The notes under the pieces were generated by a model. That model worked only from the letters and a program-made list of their open reading frames with translations. It did no database searches and was not told where the DNA came from. Shown one piece after another: positions 12,925 through 26,875 of a stretch of 64,000 bases of DNA. Every line of letters begins with the position of its first letter. Within the stretch, counting starts at the first letter, position 1. A program made the translations under genes and the position numbers. The stretch comes from Trichinella spiralis (taxonomy: Eukaryota). The stretch covers positions 7,802,672-7,866,671 of the forward strand of contig NW_003526943.1 of assembly GCF_000181795.1 (NCBI RefSeq), written 5' to 3'.

Positions 12925-15477
12925 TGAAAAATGAGAAGTTATTAATGAACAACTGCCTTAAGAATTTATCATTATGATGCTTATAATTACGAATGCTTTC
13001 AAATTATGTAAATAAATGATATTATTTACATATGATAAAAATTATCAAAGTACAACTTTTTTGTAAAATAAAAATAAGATTTTATCAAATAAGTATATAG
13101 CCCATAAAATGCTAATAAATAAGATTTAAGATTCAGCTGCACTGCTTTTACTTCTAAAAGTTCTGCAGTACAGAAAAATAATTTTTGTTTTAATATTAAC
13201 ACATTCATGCTTCTGCCTTGTTTTTATATGTATGTTTAAGTTATGCATAATATTGACATAAACTGCTAAACAGTATAGCACTTTCCCTAAACTGCTTAAG
13301 AGTAACAGTTTAGTTTTGCAAATTTGCAGGAAATTAATGTTTCAATGTTTATCAGATTCAATTTAAAAGTAATATAGTATATTATTTTTTATTTAAACTA
13401 GCATTTAAATATTAAGAAACTTAAAATTATGTAAGTCAATTGAAAAAACCTCTCCCTCTATTTTTACTGTTCGCTGCACTTTTTAAATGTTTCAAGATGT
13501 GCTATAAACATAAAAATGATTTAAAAAATTCATTAATTTAGATAAAAGGTCATTTTTATGATATTTTAGAGAGTTGAATGCAGCTAAATTTCTGAAAGTA
13601 AAATATTATGCTATGTTGTAAACTAGTGCTCTCAGCTATAAACAAACGAAAAAATGATTCAATAAATAATTTATTAACTTCAAAAGCAGTTTTCTTGAAA
13701 TTAATAACAAAATAAACAATCAAAAATAACTGAAAATGGTTTCAGCCATATTAAAGTAGTTTTTATAAAATCTACATTTTAAAATAGAAGTTTCACACAT
13801 TATTTATTGCTTTGAAAAGTCTTATTGGATGGGCGTTTTCAAAAATTAAATCACACTTCAAGAGTTTTTCACTATTAGAACTCATTTAAATATGCACATC
13901 TAATTTCTTAATACGCAGTGAAAAGTTATTAGTCCTCAAATTTTCTAATTTGATAAGTGAAGATTAATTACTTATTCAGTACTGATTACAACAATGGGCA
14001 GAATAGACATGACAAACTGTTAGATATCTCTTTAGCATTATTGCAAAGTAACTTAAACCATTTCAAAATTTTGGTTGAAGCAAGGTATTTAAGGTACATT
14101 TGTAAATGTGAGACGTAGAGATGCCTGTATAGTATTAAAAACTGAACAATCTATGTAACTTCAAATTAAAAAGTGAAACATCACTTTGTTGGAAAACGTA
14201 GAACTAATTACTAATGATCATTTTAATTTAAATTCGACAAAGCATAGCAAGAGAGTGATATGAATAAAAATTCTTTAAACCATACACAGCATTCACAGTT
14301 ATTAAAAATCAATTAAATAGTACAGTTGCTTGTTGTGGATATCTATTTTCAATTCAAGAATGCGTCACGTAAAAGTAACAAATTTTATACTTAATTTGCT
14401 AGTATTGATGAACAGTACTGAAGCTTAACCTTGGGGCATTTTAGAAATGAAAAATTGCAAATTGAAGCAACAATACTTGAGTTTTTCCTTCGTAAATGTT
14501 CTTAGAATGTATATATAACAAATTACAAAAAAAGCTTAACTTAAAGTAAATTCAGTAATTGAACGATACGCCAATATTTAAAGTAGATAATCAAAATGAC
14601 CATATTATGTATTCAAAATATTCAAAATATATAAATATTTGCATAATTTATAAAATAAAAAAACAACAATAAATTGCGATTTGTTTTCACATATACACAT
14701 ATATATCATATGATTTAATGACTCCTTTTTAATACTTACCAACGTTAATGCACAAAATTATGAACTGACAGTCATAACGTCATTAATTCCTAAAAAATTT
14801 GTTAGAAAAGTTTGACAGAAATACAAGGGCAACTTAAAGATTTTAATATTGTTGAAGGAAACGGATCATCGTCAAATCCATTGCGAATGAGTGGTTCTAC
14901 TCCAGGATCACCGGACTTAAAACCAAAAAAGAAAAAGGCTCGAACAACATTTACTGGTCGTCAAATTTTTGAACTTGAACGACAGTTTGAGCTAAAAAAA
15001 TATTTATCTTCTTCTGAAAGAGCTGAACTTGCAAAACTGTTGCACGTGACGGAAACTCAGGTATTACATTAAATATGCTTACATGATTTCAAAATTTCAA
15101 TGCATAAAGATAATTATTTTTACATATTTTTCAAAGAATGGGAAACATTGCCTATTCTTATTAATTGCTTAAACTGTAAAATGTTGAAAACAGTAATAAT
15201 GCGTTATTTATGTGTAAATAAAATAAATCAGTGAATTATATAGGTAAAAATATGGTTTCAAAACAGAAGAACAAAATGGAAAAAGCAAGAAATAGAAACA
15301 CGATTAAAATCTGTCACTGAAAATCGAACTTCTGTATCTTTACCTTCAATAACCGGTAGCGCTGAAACTATAGATATCTCAAATGACGACTTGGTTGGTT
15401 TAACACAGGTTGCCAGTGAATCTGAAGCGGAATATGAAGACAACAGTCAGCAAAAGTCACCAAAAGCGGTTTCTTGA
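10102..15477 (+). CDS. ceh-9: NK7-class homeobox protein (ceh-9/NK7.1-like); exons 10102-10279, 14819-15060, 15244-15477
   Basis: Homeodomain [59 protein letters not shown] is NK7-like. The upstream exon carries an eh1/TN motif ([10 protein letters not shown]). Phase-1 donor G|gtaaac at 10279 joins in frame to tttgacag|AA at 14819. Confidence 0.85.
12827..12924. repeat. (CA)n followed by (TA)n compound microsatellite in the homeobox intron
   Basis: Directly visible. Confidence 0.97.
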
Positions 15478-17000
15478 ATAATTTTACAAATATTTAATAT
15501 AGTTAAAATTTCACTTTCGGTTTTAATTAATTTTTTATTTGTAAAAAATAGCTGATTTTATAATGTTAATATGCATCTACATATTTATCTTCTTTCATTA
15601 CAAAAACATGATGCTGCTTGACCATTAAAGCACTCAGAGCTTAACAATAAAAAAAATTACAGACTTTCAGTAAAAAACTGGTGTTTCATTTATGCTCACT
15701 AAGAAAAATTTTATTTTAGCAGGTGAATTATGATTTAAATATTTCATTTAATATTAATTTTCTAAAAGTGCAATAACAAGAATAAACAAATTAATGCTTT
15801 AAATCAGTAACATTATTTTGTGATATTCTTATTGCAAACAAATTAAGCATCACAAAAACATTTCTGATAATGCTAATAATGTTTCGAAAACTGTATAAAA
15901 TGGAAAACTGCATATGACTACATCGAAATTTAAAAACTAATTTCAGAATTACTAAACAGTTTCTGGAAGTAAGTGAAGCTACTAAAATAATCATAAGTAA
16001 ACATCAACATTCAGCAAATTCCAATAAATAAGGCATTAAAATAAAAACATCAAAAAGATATTTTGATTTATTTTAAAACGTCAGTGAAATTTGCATTCCT
16101 TGTTTATGAAAAATTTGAATGACTGAGAGTATAAAGAAAAGAAATTTTTTCAATGCAGAAATGAGCGTTCAAAAAAACTAGAAATTTTAGAGAAAAATTA
16201 AATAGTAAAAAATAAATAAATATCTTTTTTAATTTTCAAAAAATAAAAATTTAGATGGTTAGCAACTATAATTTTTAGAGTAATATTATGAGAGATTGTT
16301 AGAATAAGCGTTAAAAAGTAATCATAACAAAAAGAAAGCAAATTTGCTTTACATTCAGCAGTAAAAAATTAAGCCTAAAATAACAAAACTTATTTACTCA
16401 CTATAATAGTAATAAGAATGGACAATGTCGCATTTAGGAAGAAGTTTGGCAATATTTGCGCTTTTCGTAATTGAAACTGCGATTATTACAAAAGGATCTT
16501 CTACATGTCTATACTCAAAATGAAAATAATACTTTACAATAATTTAAAAATAATTATTTTCTCTCCAGTGTAATTAAGTATTTAAGGCAACTTTATTTAC
16601 TGAAACAATCCAATTCTTTACCCAAGCATCTGCTGAAAAATGAATGTTGTCTGAAGATCAGATTTACTATTCACAATGAAAACAAAGAAAATTAATCTTT
16701 AAGCAATCTTTTGAAACTAAATACTAAATCTGGGTGAACATACTTTTTGCATATAAAAAGAATTTTTCTCAGCAAACATATTTCAGATAGCGTATTACAG
16801 AGCTGACAAAAATGAAAGATATAAAACATTTCCGGATTAAGCACATGACCTGAACTGGTTCATCATTTCTTTAAAATGTCTTTACAATAATGAGTATGAC
16901 CCCAAAACAATAGGTAATCCTAAAATAGGATTATTTAACCTAGTAAAAAAGTATATAAGTACAGCTTGCACAAAAATAGCCTAATACAAATTCATCGAAG

Positions 17001-17507
17001 ATGAGTAACATTAAAAGTTCATTGCTGCTAAAGTTGTCTTTGCTATTACTGATCGTGCATAACTCAAGTGAAAAATGTAAAGATCCAACGTGGTTAAAGA
17101 CTGAAAAATTTTGTTACCGCTTGATGATAGAGAAAAGGACATTTGATGATGCTAAGCAAGGATGCATCTCACATAATTCAACCTTAATACTACCTGAAAA
17201 CATAATGGAAATGGTAAGAAGTTTTTGCAATTTTAAGCAGATAAACATTGAATTTCATATCTTACAGGGAAAAATCATGCAAAGTATTCCAACTCTAGCC
17301 GAAGTATGGGTAGATATGTATGGGACTCATTTTCTGGAAAAATTTCTTTTCTCTCGATTGCGTAAAAGAGAGACATTATTCAATGATGGTTATGACTTTG
17401 ATTGTGCATTTGTTATCAGCCACCGGAGTGAGTCGAATCAAAGCTTCATTCAATGGACAAATTGCCAAGTTCCGAAAAGTTATATTTGCCAAAAACCGTC
17501 AGAATGA
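17001..17507 (+). CDS. Secreted single-domain C-type lectin-like protein; probable in-frame 54-nt intron 17214-17267
   Basis: Hydrophobic signal peptide, then C-x4-W...FCY...TFDDAKQGC...VWV...DCA...WTNC...YICQK CTLD pattern. The intron is bounded by gtaaga...cttacag. Confidence 0.8.
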   Translation: MSNIKSSLLLKLSLLLLIVHNSSEKCKDPTWLKTEKFCYRLMIEKRTFDDAKQGCISHNSTLILPENIMEMVRSFCNFKQINIEFHILQGKIMQSIPTLAEVWVDMYGTHFLEKFLFSRLRKRETLFNDGYDFDCAFVISHRSESNQSFIQWTNCQVPKSYICQKPSE

Positions 17508-17660
17508 TTTATCCGCTTTGACCATTATTTATTTGGATACAATTATGACTGATATCAAATTAAAGCATTTCACATGCAAAGCTACCTTTTCACTGATGTT
17601 ATTTAAAGATATTAAAATTACCAAATGTAACATTTCAATCAAATTTCAAAATATACTATA

Positions 17661-18569
17661 ACCCTGCACCCGGGTGCTGGGAAAGTTGCCTTGAATTGCC
17701 GGGATCAAGGCTGTTTCGAAATCGCACACAAATTTTTCCGGTTCAAGTTCAACGCCAAGTTCTTCCGCTTTAGAATGGAGCACTTCAAATATCCGGCTAT
17801 ACGTGGGCAGATCTTTCCTAACAGTCAAACAATACACGACGGTTAGCAGTTTACCCCTCAGGAACACATGAAGGGTAAACAACTGCTGGTACCAGGAGGG
17901 GACAATCTTAAACGTCCCATCCCCGCACCAGCAGTTACTTTGAGCCAGCAGCTTCACACCATCCTCGGTAGCAAAAATTAATATATCATTGGTCGGCGAA
18001 TGCTGCATTAAAAATTGCGCACCGGATTTCGTTGTTGTCTGCTCGCCAGTAAGCCGCAGATCCTGCCGCCTGGCCGGAAGTCGTGGGTATCTCTTCGAAC
18101 GGCTGTAGTACATTGTGTTCCGGGCCTGCTCCCACGTTGGAAAATGCGCGGCAGTTTCTAGGCTGGTGGAGGCATTGCTTGCCAGCTCATCGTAAATTTC
18201 TAATACCGGCCTTGGATCCCCTGCAGCCAGCCTCTTCAATTCATTTTGCTGCTGCTGATGGTAGAATGCATGGGCATCTACTCTGCAGCCCTCTGCATGC
18301 TCACCGGTTTTGATGACTTCTGTGGCATCAAGGTTAGTATAGAGCTTGGCAGGGCAACCTCTCGTTCCCTAAATTCGAAACAAAATTGCTAGCTCATGAT
18401 ACTACGCAATAATAACAACGTGCTATAATAAAATAATTCTGCTTACTGATGCACATATCCAACATTTGTCATTGCGATTCTTCCGCTTGAGGGTGTAACA
18501 CCTTCCTTTGTACACCAATTTTTGTTGGTTCCTTTGAGTAAAAACAAACTGAATTTCATCACTCTCCAT
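17661..18569 (-). mobile_element. Mutator-like (MULE) transposase with FLYWCH domain, 3'-truncated; exons 18569-18447 and 18368-~17661
   Basis: MESDEIQFVFTQRNQQKLVYKGRCYTLKRKNRNDKCWICAS|GTRGCPAKL...GEH (FLYWCH). Then WCGDGTFKIVP..YQQLFTLH...CDFETALIPAIQGNFPSTRVQG, stopping just before the expected CxFH motif. GC-rich relative to its flanks. Confidence 0.92.
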
Positions 18570-19748
18570 TAATAACAACTCTCAAATACGAAGCACACAG
18601 CTACAAGGAAAACCAGGGAAATAAATCTAACGGTTTTGCACTCCGTTTTAAGTAACCATTTTGCGACCATTAAATATGCACCATTCCGGTTGAACTTCTG
18701 AACTTCTCGTTTACTCCAGTATTAGTAATAATGGATAATATAATATAATTAATCGATAATAATGGATAATAAAAATAATAATTAGTAACAATTAATATAA
18801 TAAAGTCATTACATGTCAAATTATGAAAACAAGAAATGACCTAGATAAACACGTTTATTTAACATCTCTTCGTTCAGTTATCTCTTCTTCAGGCTGTTTA
18901 TTTGTTACTTCTGTTTTTTTGTAGAATAATGCAATTGGATAATCAAGATATATAATTTGTAAAGAACAAGACCGCCAATTCTATTTTTCATTTATTTCAC
19001 TCCTCAGTGCTTATCATTAGCTTCTGCTAATTTTTGTGTCGAAGGTTTAAGATGTGTTTTGGAATAATGAGAATAAATAATAATGAATTTCAGTTTGTTT
19101 CTCAAAGAACCGACATAAGCCAATACACAAAGGGAGATGCCACACGCTCAAGTGCACAAATCATAATGACAAATACGGATTGTAAATAAACATACAAACA
19201 ATGGCTTATTGTAGCATATTATTATTGTAATATTACAGGCAATCCATTTTTTCAATATAACGATTAGTTGGTTGCCGTGGCACAGTGTCTCCAAGTTTAG
19301 AAATGGACTTTTTCCATATTTATATGTTATTCTTGTATTGCCCATCCCACCCATGGCATATATTGTAATGAAGTTCAGAGTTGCTTGTTGTTGTAAAATA
19401 GAAATTTCTGTACTATACAATTGCTTTGTTCTGATGCGTTTATATCCAATAGCAGAAAAGTTTCTGTGAAAACAGTCTGTTGATCAGCATAGATGTGAAG
19501 AAGTAAAATGCAAAAACAAACTTACAAGAATAAAATTATGCAATAAGATAATCTTTTGTTAACGGTGAAATGTAAAACTCAAAAGCTTTTTAAAAGTATC
19601 ATTTGCAAAGTCTAAAACCAAATATACACATTTCCAGATTATAACTAAAAGCTTTTTCTTTAAAAAATGGTAAATGATTATTTATGCCCATATAAGGTAA
19701 TTTAATGGAATGCACCCATATGTGGAAAAGAGTAGATAAACAACAATC

Positions 19749-19940
19749 ACCCAATCCTTGATCACAGCTGAATAGCTAATAAAACGGCACAGTTATTCAC
19801 CTAATCACTTACACAATAATTAGCTAATAAAATAGCAGAAGTCATTAGCCAATCACCGAACAATGCACCTACAACCAATCAGCGACCAGCCAATCACAAA
19901 AATGTGTCGAATTTTCGCGGATGAGTTCAGCCTAAACCCT
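19749..19940. repeat. Short element with reiterated CCAATC and TAGCTAATAAAA motifs; probable transposon end or interspersed repeat
   Basis: CCAATC near 19751, 19849, 19875 and 19890; tagctaataaaa occurs twice. Confidence 0.4.
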
Positions 19941-20813
19941 CCTCAACTGTCTTGCGCATAGTTGTATTGAACTTGAGAATCATTAACCTGATTATTTTCA
20001 AGAAGATTATTCGATTTTTTAATAATTTCAGAAATATCAAATAAAGTATTAAAGAAGCCTATGTTTGCTCTGATTCCAACGTAAATTACCAATCGTCTGT
20101 ATGTCACAGTAAATTTATTCACGTATGTTTGATTATTCTTGATCGGTACAGAACTAGGATCTCTCTGTTTTCAATAGATCAATGGGAATACGTCTATTTT
20201 CACCCTAAGATGACTGGTTCAGAGAAGTCTATTTTACTATCTTATGCTAATCACGCAAAATGATACAATCAACCACAATCGGTGGCATCTACTTTTCATA
20301 AACATTAACACCGATTGGTTCCTAAAATACCGTACACAACTTACTGTATTTACTGATAAGTAGGTTGATAAGATGCTTTATCGTATTTCTGACTTACATG
20401 TTCAAATATATTTATAATTTGAATTCATGCTTAATAGTTAAATTATTATATATGTTAATCACTATTAATTCATTTTGTTTCTTTTAATTTTAATTTTCAT
20501 TTTCTGTTCATTGTTAAAAAGCATCCTTGAAAAGCAGTGTGAGAAAACAGAGTTGTTGTTTCGAATTTTAGCAGAAGAAAATTCAATAATTATCATTTAT
20601 AATAGATGTTGCACCACTTATGATAAGTACCGCCTGCATTACTTTTACGGTTTTACAAAATGCAATTTAAATTTAGCAATAATACAGTACACTAAATTTT
20701 GTCTGCCATTATTCTTTTCTGTCTCAGATCTTTTTATGTAAACATTAAAAATAATGCCTTTGATTTATGAATACACAATGATGAATTTTAAATAGCTCAT
20801 TACATTTTATCTT

Positions 20814-21698
20814 ATGCAAACATTTTTGACGTCCCTGAATTCTTTTAGTTTTAAAACATCTACAGTCATCTTGAGTGTTGCACTTTTCTCTCTAATGTTT
20901 ATTTCTTTGCTAAAGTGTATTAATGTTATTATTATTATTATTCCGTTAGTGAAAGAATGCATATGTTCTAATTTGAATGCTGCTGGTAGTGGCTATTCTT
21001 CAGCAAATGGTTTACCATTATGTTATAAAATAGAAGGACGAGTGTATCCTAATTGGAAGTTGAAAGAGTCAGAGATAGATTGGCGCACTTCAACTCGTAT
21101 ATTAGTTAATTTTGGACAATATATTGGTTTAATAAGGTGAGGTAAATTAATGTTTTTCTGTGTATTATTTTGGTTTATTTAGGTCTGACGGCACTTTTGT
21201 TGTTCACTGCGTTCCATCTGGCTCTTATGTAGTTGAAGTCGCGAATGCGGACGTCATTTTTGAACCTTATCGTGTTGAAATAAATGCAAGAGGTAAAATA
21301 AGAGCGAGGAAGTTGAATTATGTTCAACCCGCAATAGTTTATGCTGTTCCCTATCCATTGAAATTTGCCGCCAACAGCACAGTGCGCTATTTTCGGCCAC
21401 GGGAGCAATGGCGTATTGCTGACTTTTTACTAAATCCGATGGTTTTGATGATGCTGATGTCATTGTTTATTATCGTCGTTTTTCCGAAACTGAATAGTGT
21501 TACTGATCCTGAGATTCAGAGGGTAGTTTTTCTCCTATTATTAAAGTCATTTGTTCATTTCTTAAAATTTTGTAGGAAATGCAGCAGACGATGAGTATGC
21601 CAAGCTATGATTTGCCAGAGCTGTCTGAATTAATGGCTAATTGGGTGGTTGGTAAAAAGAAGGCGAGCAGAAGCAAGAATTTGAAACTAAAGAGGTGA
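20814..21698 (+). CDS. EMC7: ER membrane protein complex subunit 7; exons ~20814-21136, 21184-21522, 21576-21698 (start codon uncertain)
   Basis: YKIEGRV, GLIR|SDGTFVVHCVPSGSYVVEV...FEPYRVEINARGKIRARKLNY, YFRPREQW, NPMVLMM TM segment and DPEIQREMQQ...LPELSE. Confidence 0.93.
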
Positions 21699-22538
21699 TC
21701 TGAAGATGCATGACATATTGACTTCTTTTTATTCTGTTATGTTCACCTTTTAATTTTGTAATTTTAGTAGTCGAAATATTTCAATTCAGTTATTATAATT
21801 TTTTGTCTTCAATAATAAAAAGTAAAAAAGCAGTATCTGTGTACAATGCTTATTTTTATTATAAAAGATTATAAATTAAACAATATTTTACCTGAATGAG
21901 GAATAAATAGCTGCGTGTTTTATTGCAATAGTATGCTGAAGTCGCGCCCTTATTGGTACGGGCAGTTGTATTTTATGTTGCTTTTATTTTCTGTGTAAAA
22001 GTTTCAATTTGCTTTGAAAATTCATTACTATTATTTGTCATAATGGTGAAGCTAGTAATATGTAATATTTTGAAAATGCATTTTGCGTTTAGATCTTTTT
22101 GAGCATGTGTTTTACATTACTTATCATATTTTGTTAATTGCTACTTTTGTCCAAGTAGACATAAACATGTTGTATTTTGATGTATAAATGCAATAAATGT
22201 TAATTTAATGTATAAATGTTTATATGTAATAGTTAATGATGTATAAACAAATAGTAACTTTTATGTGTATTGTTCTTCGTAATATATCCAAATTATTTAA
22301 AAAATGAAATTTTATCAAACTATTTACTTAGATGATAAGTATGTTCAACTGCTATTATTTTTTAAGTGAAATTTGTTTGAATCAATGAAAATACTGTATC
22401 TTCTACCAACTTTGTGCATGTTTTGTAAAATTTAATATAGTTAGATATCATTTGTGCGATCATATAATTGTATATTATAAAAACCTTTAATTTTGTTTGT
22501 GTTCATACAAAACATTTTTTACCTGAAAAATGTATGTT

Positions 22539-22610
22539 TTCCCATGCCGGGAATCGAACCCGGGCCTTGCGGGTGAAAGCCGCAAATCCTAACCACTAGA
22601 CCACATGGGA
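22539..22610 (-). tRNA. tRNA-Glu (anticodon TTC)
   Basis: TCCCATG/CATGGGA acceptor stem, TGGTCTAGTGG A-box, TGCGG-CT-TTC-AC-CCGCA anticodon arm and GGTTCGATTCC T-loop. Confidence 0.96.
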
Positions 22611-23241
22611 TGTTAGTTATTCTATTTGTTTTATTCTTTTATACAATTTGTTAGGCAATGCCAAAACATTTGAACTTTTCTGTTTTATTTTTAATGCAAA
22701 AACTAAATAGATGTACTTATATTGTTCTGATTAGTAGCATGTGCATTATAAATAACGCTTTTAACGTGCTAAATGTTTGTTCGACGACTATCACTATGTT
22801 TCCAAGTGAAGCACTTTATTTATGAGTTGCTGATATTCAGTTTGGGAAGTTTAATTAGAAATGTACATCAACAATGCAGAAAGGAAAAAAAATGATGATT
22901 TGCAAATAACTACATTTTAATTTCATTGCAATGACAAATAGCATTGTAAAACAATAAAAAATGTATGTAAATGTTTATTGGTTTCTTATGTGGGCTAAAT
23001 AGAGTTAAATCGGTTCGTGCTATTTCATTACCCTCGTTAGCATAATGTTGTATTTCTAAATTTAGTAAAATAAATTTAATGTGAAGTTAAAATGTGAAAC
23101 GTAAAAAATTTCTGACTTTCATTTTTATTTAACAACAGAACAGTTTAATACTCATTTTGAATTAAGTAGAAAATTCACGGATTTTAATGTTATCATTATT
23201 AATTAAAATATGAGGTTCTGTGAGTAATCAATAGATGTCTG

Positions 23242-24098
23242 TTAATGATGAAATGGCAATTTTAAACGAAAAGCATCAACGCCATTCATGTAATACCTGA
23301 GCAGTCGTTTGGAGCGATAAAATCCAAGAGAATGATAAAGTGCCAGTGCTGGTGAATTTGTCACCTCTGTTTCAAGCATAACTTCCCCGCAATTATTACG
23401 GACCATTTCTCGAATCGCTTTTATCACTAAATTGCGACCAATTCCCTTCCTCCGATGTTCCGCTTTCACTGCTAGCATGGCTATATAACCACACTTTTGA
23501 AGTCTGTAATGATTAGCCATTTTACATATAATCACACCAATGTCTTGTTTACACTCTTCACAGTGAGCAAGAAAACACAAGTGTGGCCATGTATGAAGAA
23601 AATAACGAAAGGTATATATCGTATACGGCTCAGACAAATCATTCGATACCATTTCCATTATAGAAGGTAGCTGCGTCTCATTTAAATATTGTACAATTCG
23701 TATACCTTTTGAACTGAAACTATTATCACAGGTTAAACTTAAATCATCCAATTTTAAACAATCTGAATTTTCCATTTCTTCACCTAAAGAATGCGATTCA
23801 AATTCTTCTATTAAATTTTCAAGTTTTGCATTAAAAATTTTCTTTTCTTCACAAATGATATTCCGTGCTACTGACAGATTTTGACCTTCTGGCAATGCAT
23901 TCATTTTGCAAGTATGTTCATGTAATTCAACATTTGGTTTACTTATCCACTTGGGTAAATTCTTATTTTTCCATTCTATTTTCGAGAAGTATCCACTTAT
24001 GAAGCGACATGTCTGTTTATTATTCAAACCATCTGCCACAGACACAGAATTTGTATCCGAGGAGCACTGTATATATTCCAATTTTTCATCTTCTAGTC
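23242..24098 (-). CDS. NAA30: N-alpha-acetyltransferase 30 (NatC catalytic subunit, MAK3); 5' exon unresolved
   Basis: DLSEPYTIYTFRYFLHTWP, GYIAMLAV, RRKGIG, VMLETEVTN, and RLLRYYMNGVDAFRLKL. The ORF track start is TTG just after a tttag acceptor. Confidence 0.92.
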
Positions 24099-26875
24099 TA
24101 AAAATTTTTTAATTGTAATTTTAAAAACCCTACCGATAATATAATATAAACAATAAAAAATAAAAATAAAATGTGTTGTTGTTTTCTTTAAAAACGCTTT
24201 GCATTCTACATTTATCATTACAATATTATACAATCAATAAAGAGAAAATTGCAAATAATTGAAATCACTCGCAGAAAATGCCAAGCTGAACATTAACATT
24301 ACATAATTATTTACACAAAGAATGCATAAAAAAGAAACATTATTAAAATATGAAAAATATTTTCTTAATGCTTTTAAATGAAAATGATTAAAATTTAAGA
24401 AAGTCAGAGTTGTTTAATTTGAATTAAAAAGATAAATGAAATTCATGAATACTAATAAAGTAAATACAATTTTCATAATGAAACAATTATGTGATGAAAA
24501 AAAAGTTCAAAGTAATATTTAACTTCTTTTATCTTTAAAATTCATTGAGCAATAAGAAAATAAAAAAACTACTAAAAATATTTATCTAATCCAATAATAA
24601 AATACTAACGTTGTTACCCATATTTCAGTAAATTTTGAATTTATCAACAAAGAATCACTAAAATTTCCCCAAATTAAACAATACTTACAAATGGACCTTT
24701 CGCTAAAATTTTTAAACAATAAAATAAATTGGTGTTAATTTGGGAAAATATTTCAAAATGTCAATAAATAAAAAGACCTGAAAACATTTATTTTAAATTA
24801 TACAGGGGTACATGTACATGTACAATCCAAGATTTAAAACTTTATTGAAATTATTCAAAATTTCTTACAAACTATCATCATCACTCAGTTCATCCATGTA
24901 CAAATCAGCAAAGTGCAATAATACAATAATAGGTGCCATATATATTAATACAGTAGATAGCAATTTTCAGGTAAAAGTTTATTTGCAATTATTTAGTATT
25001 TTTTGTTATAGTTGTTATAGGGCCATAAAATTAATTTTTATTTTAATGTTAGACTGCGAAAAATAAGTATTGTTTTATGTCAAAATCAATGAAAAATTGC
25101 ATAATTTTACACAGTTCTTTTTAGAATAATATTATAAGACTTCAAAATGAAACATGCTGAACTGCACTAAAATTAAAATGATGATAAAGTAAGTGCAACA
25201 ACAGTTCATGTTATTATCATAATTTATTTATCCTTAAAAATTATTCATTAAATAATTCACTTACTTCCAAGTTTAGCTTCTGTAAAAATTTGTTACAAAG
25301 TTAAAATATGTACAAGTTCTTATAAACTTCTTTTCTATAAATAGTTTAATGTTTTAAGAGAAAACTGGAAAATCTTTGACACAACTTGACGTGAAATCAA
25401 TTAAAAATCTTTAATAGATGGGTCAAGTGTTAGGTATATAAAATAAAATCTTTAAATATTGATTTCAAAACCGCTTTTTGCTAATTATGTATGCTATGTC
25501 AAATAATTGCTTGCATCTTCTTTTAAAACTTTATGAATTTTATGCTTTATCTTGCTTTATGAGATATTTCTATTACTGACTTTGTATTTCATGATTTAGA
25601 AATACGAAGAAAATATTTTTAAGATTTTATTTCTTAATTTAGTTAGTTTAAACAAATGTATGTTGTGTAATTAAAAATAAATCTAATTTGAGGTATATTT
25701 ATCTACAAACTACATTGACTAAGCGCATATCATCAAGTAAGAATCGTTTCGTCTAATAAAACACGATACTTGAAGAAACACTTCGTTACTTCCAAAATTT
25801 GCATATATAGCGCCGTATTCAATATTTTGCAAACTGTTGAAATATATATGAATATCAAGATAAGGATGAAAGAGGTAAATGGAAAAGAAAAGGAATAGCG
25901 TTCTGCTATCATGTAATTGTGATGCCAGATATCTCTGTGATTTTAAATAAACGTTTTGAAATCCATGTTTATATTTGAGCAAATAATTTAGCATGTGGAG
26001 AAGACTAAAGAATTTCAGAATTGTGCTAATGATAGCTTGGCGTCGGAGAAACTGGAAAGCTCATGAGCGGGACCGATAAATTTTGTTTGCACTTATATAT
26101 TTCAAACGTAATTTTCAACAGCACAAATAGCTATACTATAATCACATCTAACTGTAATATAAATTTAATATCAAAAATTGAAGTAAAATACTTTTATATG
26201 AGAACAAATCTAACTGAACTTTTATATAATTTAATAACATATTTTGATAAAGAATTAGTCTTGATTTTTATATTTCATCATCTTACAGTAAGATGAAAAA
26301 TTGTAATTGATAGTTTGATGTGTTCAAAGCTATAACTCTTTGCTGTCGATTGATTTTTAGCGTTTATTATTTATTTATTATAAACTTTTTGTATATTCGG
26401 AATGGTTTATGCACAAAAGTTTCGTCCTTGGCGACCCCTTACGCACATGGAAAGGAAAGCTCGCGCTATGGGTCATTTAGTTGCGTTTGCTGTAACCAGT
26501 GGTGCACTGTGTCTAAGTGTTCTGAATTTGTAAGCAGTTGTAATGTAATGTGTTGGGGTTTGAAAGTCTTGTCATTTTCTGTGTTTTAATTTTAAGAATC
26601 GTTACATTGTTCAGTGTTTTTTATCGTAAAACAAACACTGGTGTTTTCAGAGATTATTATGAATGTTGTTGAGCATATTTTATTTTTTGATTTTTTTTAT
26701 ATCTGTGGCTTTTGAGAAGTGCATTCAATCACACTTGAAAAGTTAGCTTGACCATTTGTTATGTATTATCAAGCAGTATGAGTTACCTTGAATGAAATAT
26801 AATGGGTTGATTTTATCGAAATTTTGTCATTTATTAATATATTGTTTATTAATGAATTTTCATTTTGTTGTTTAG

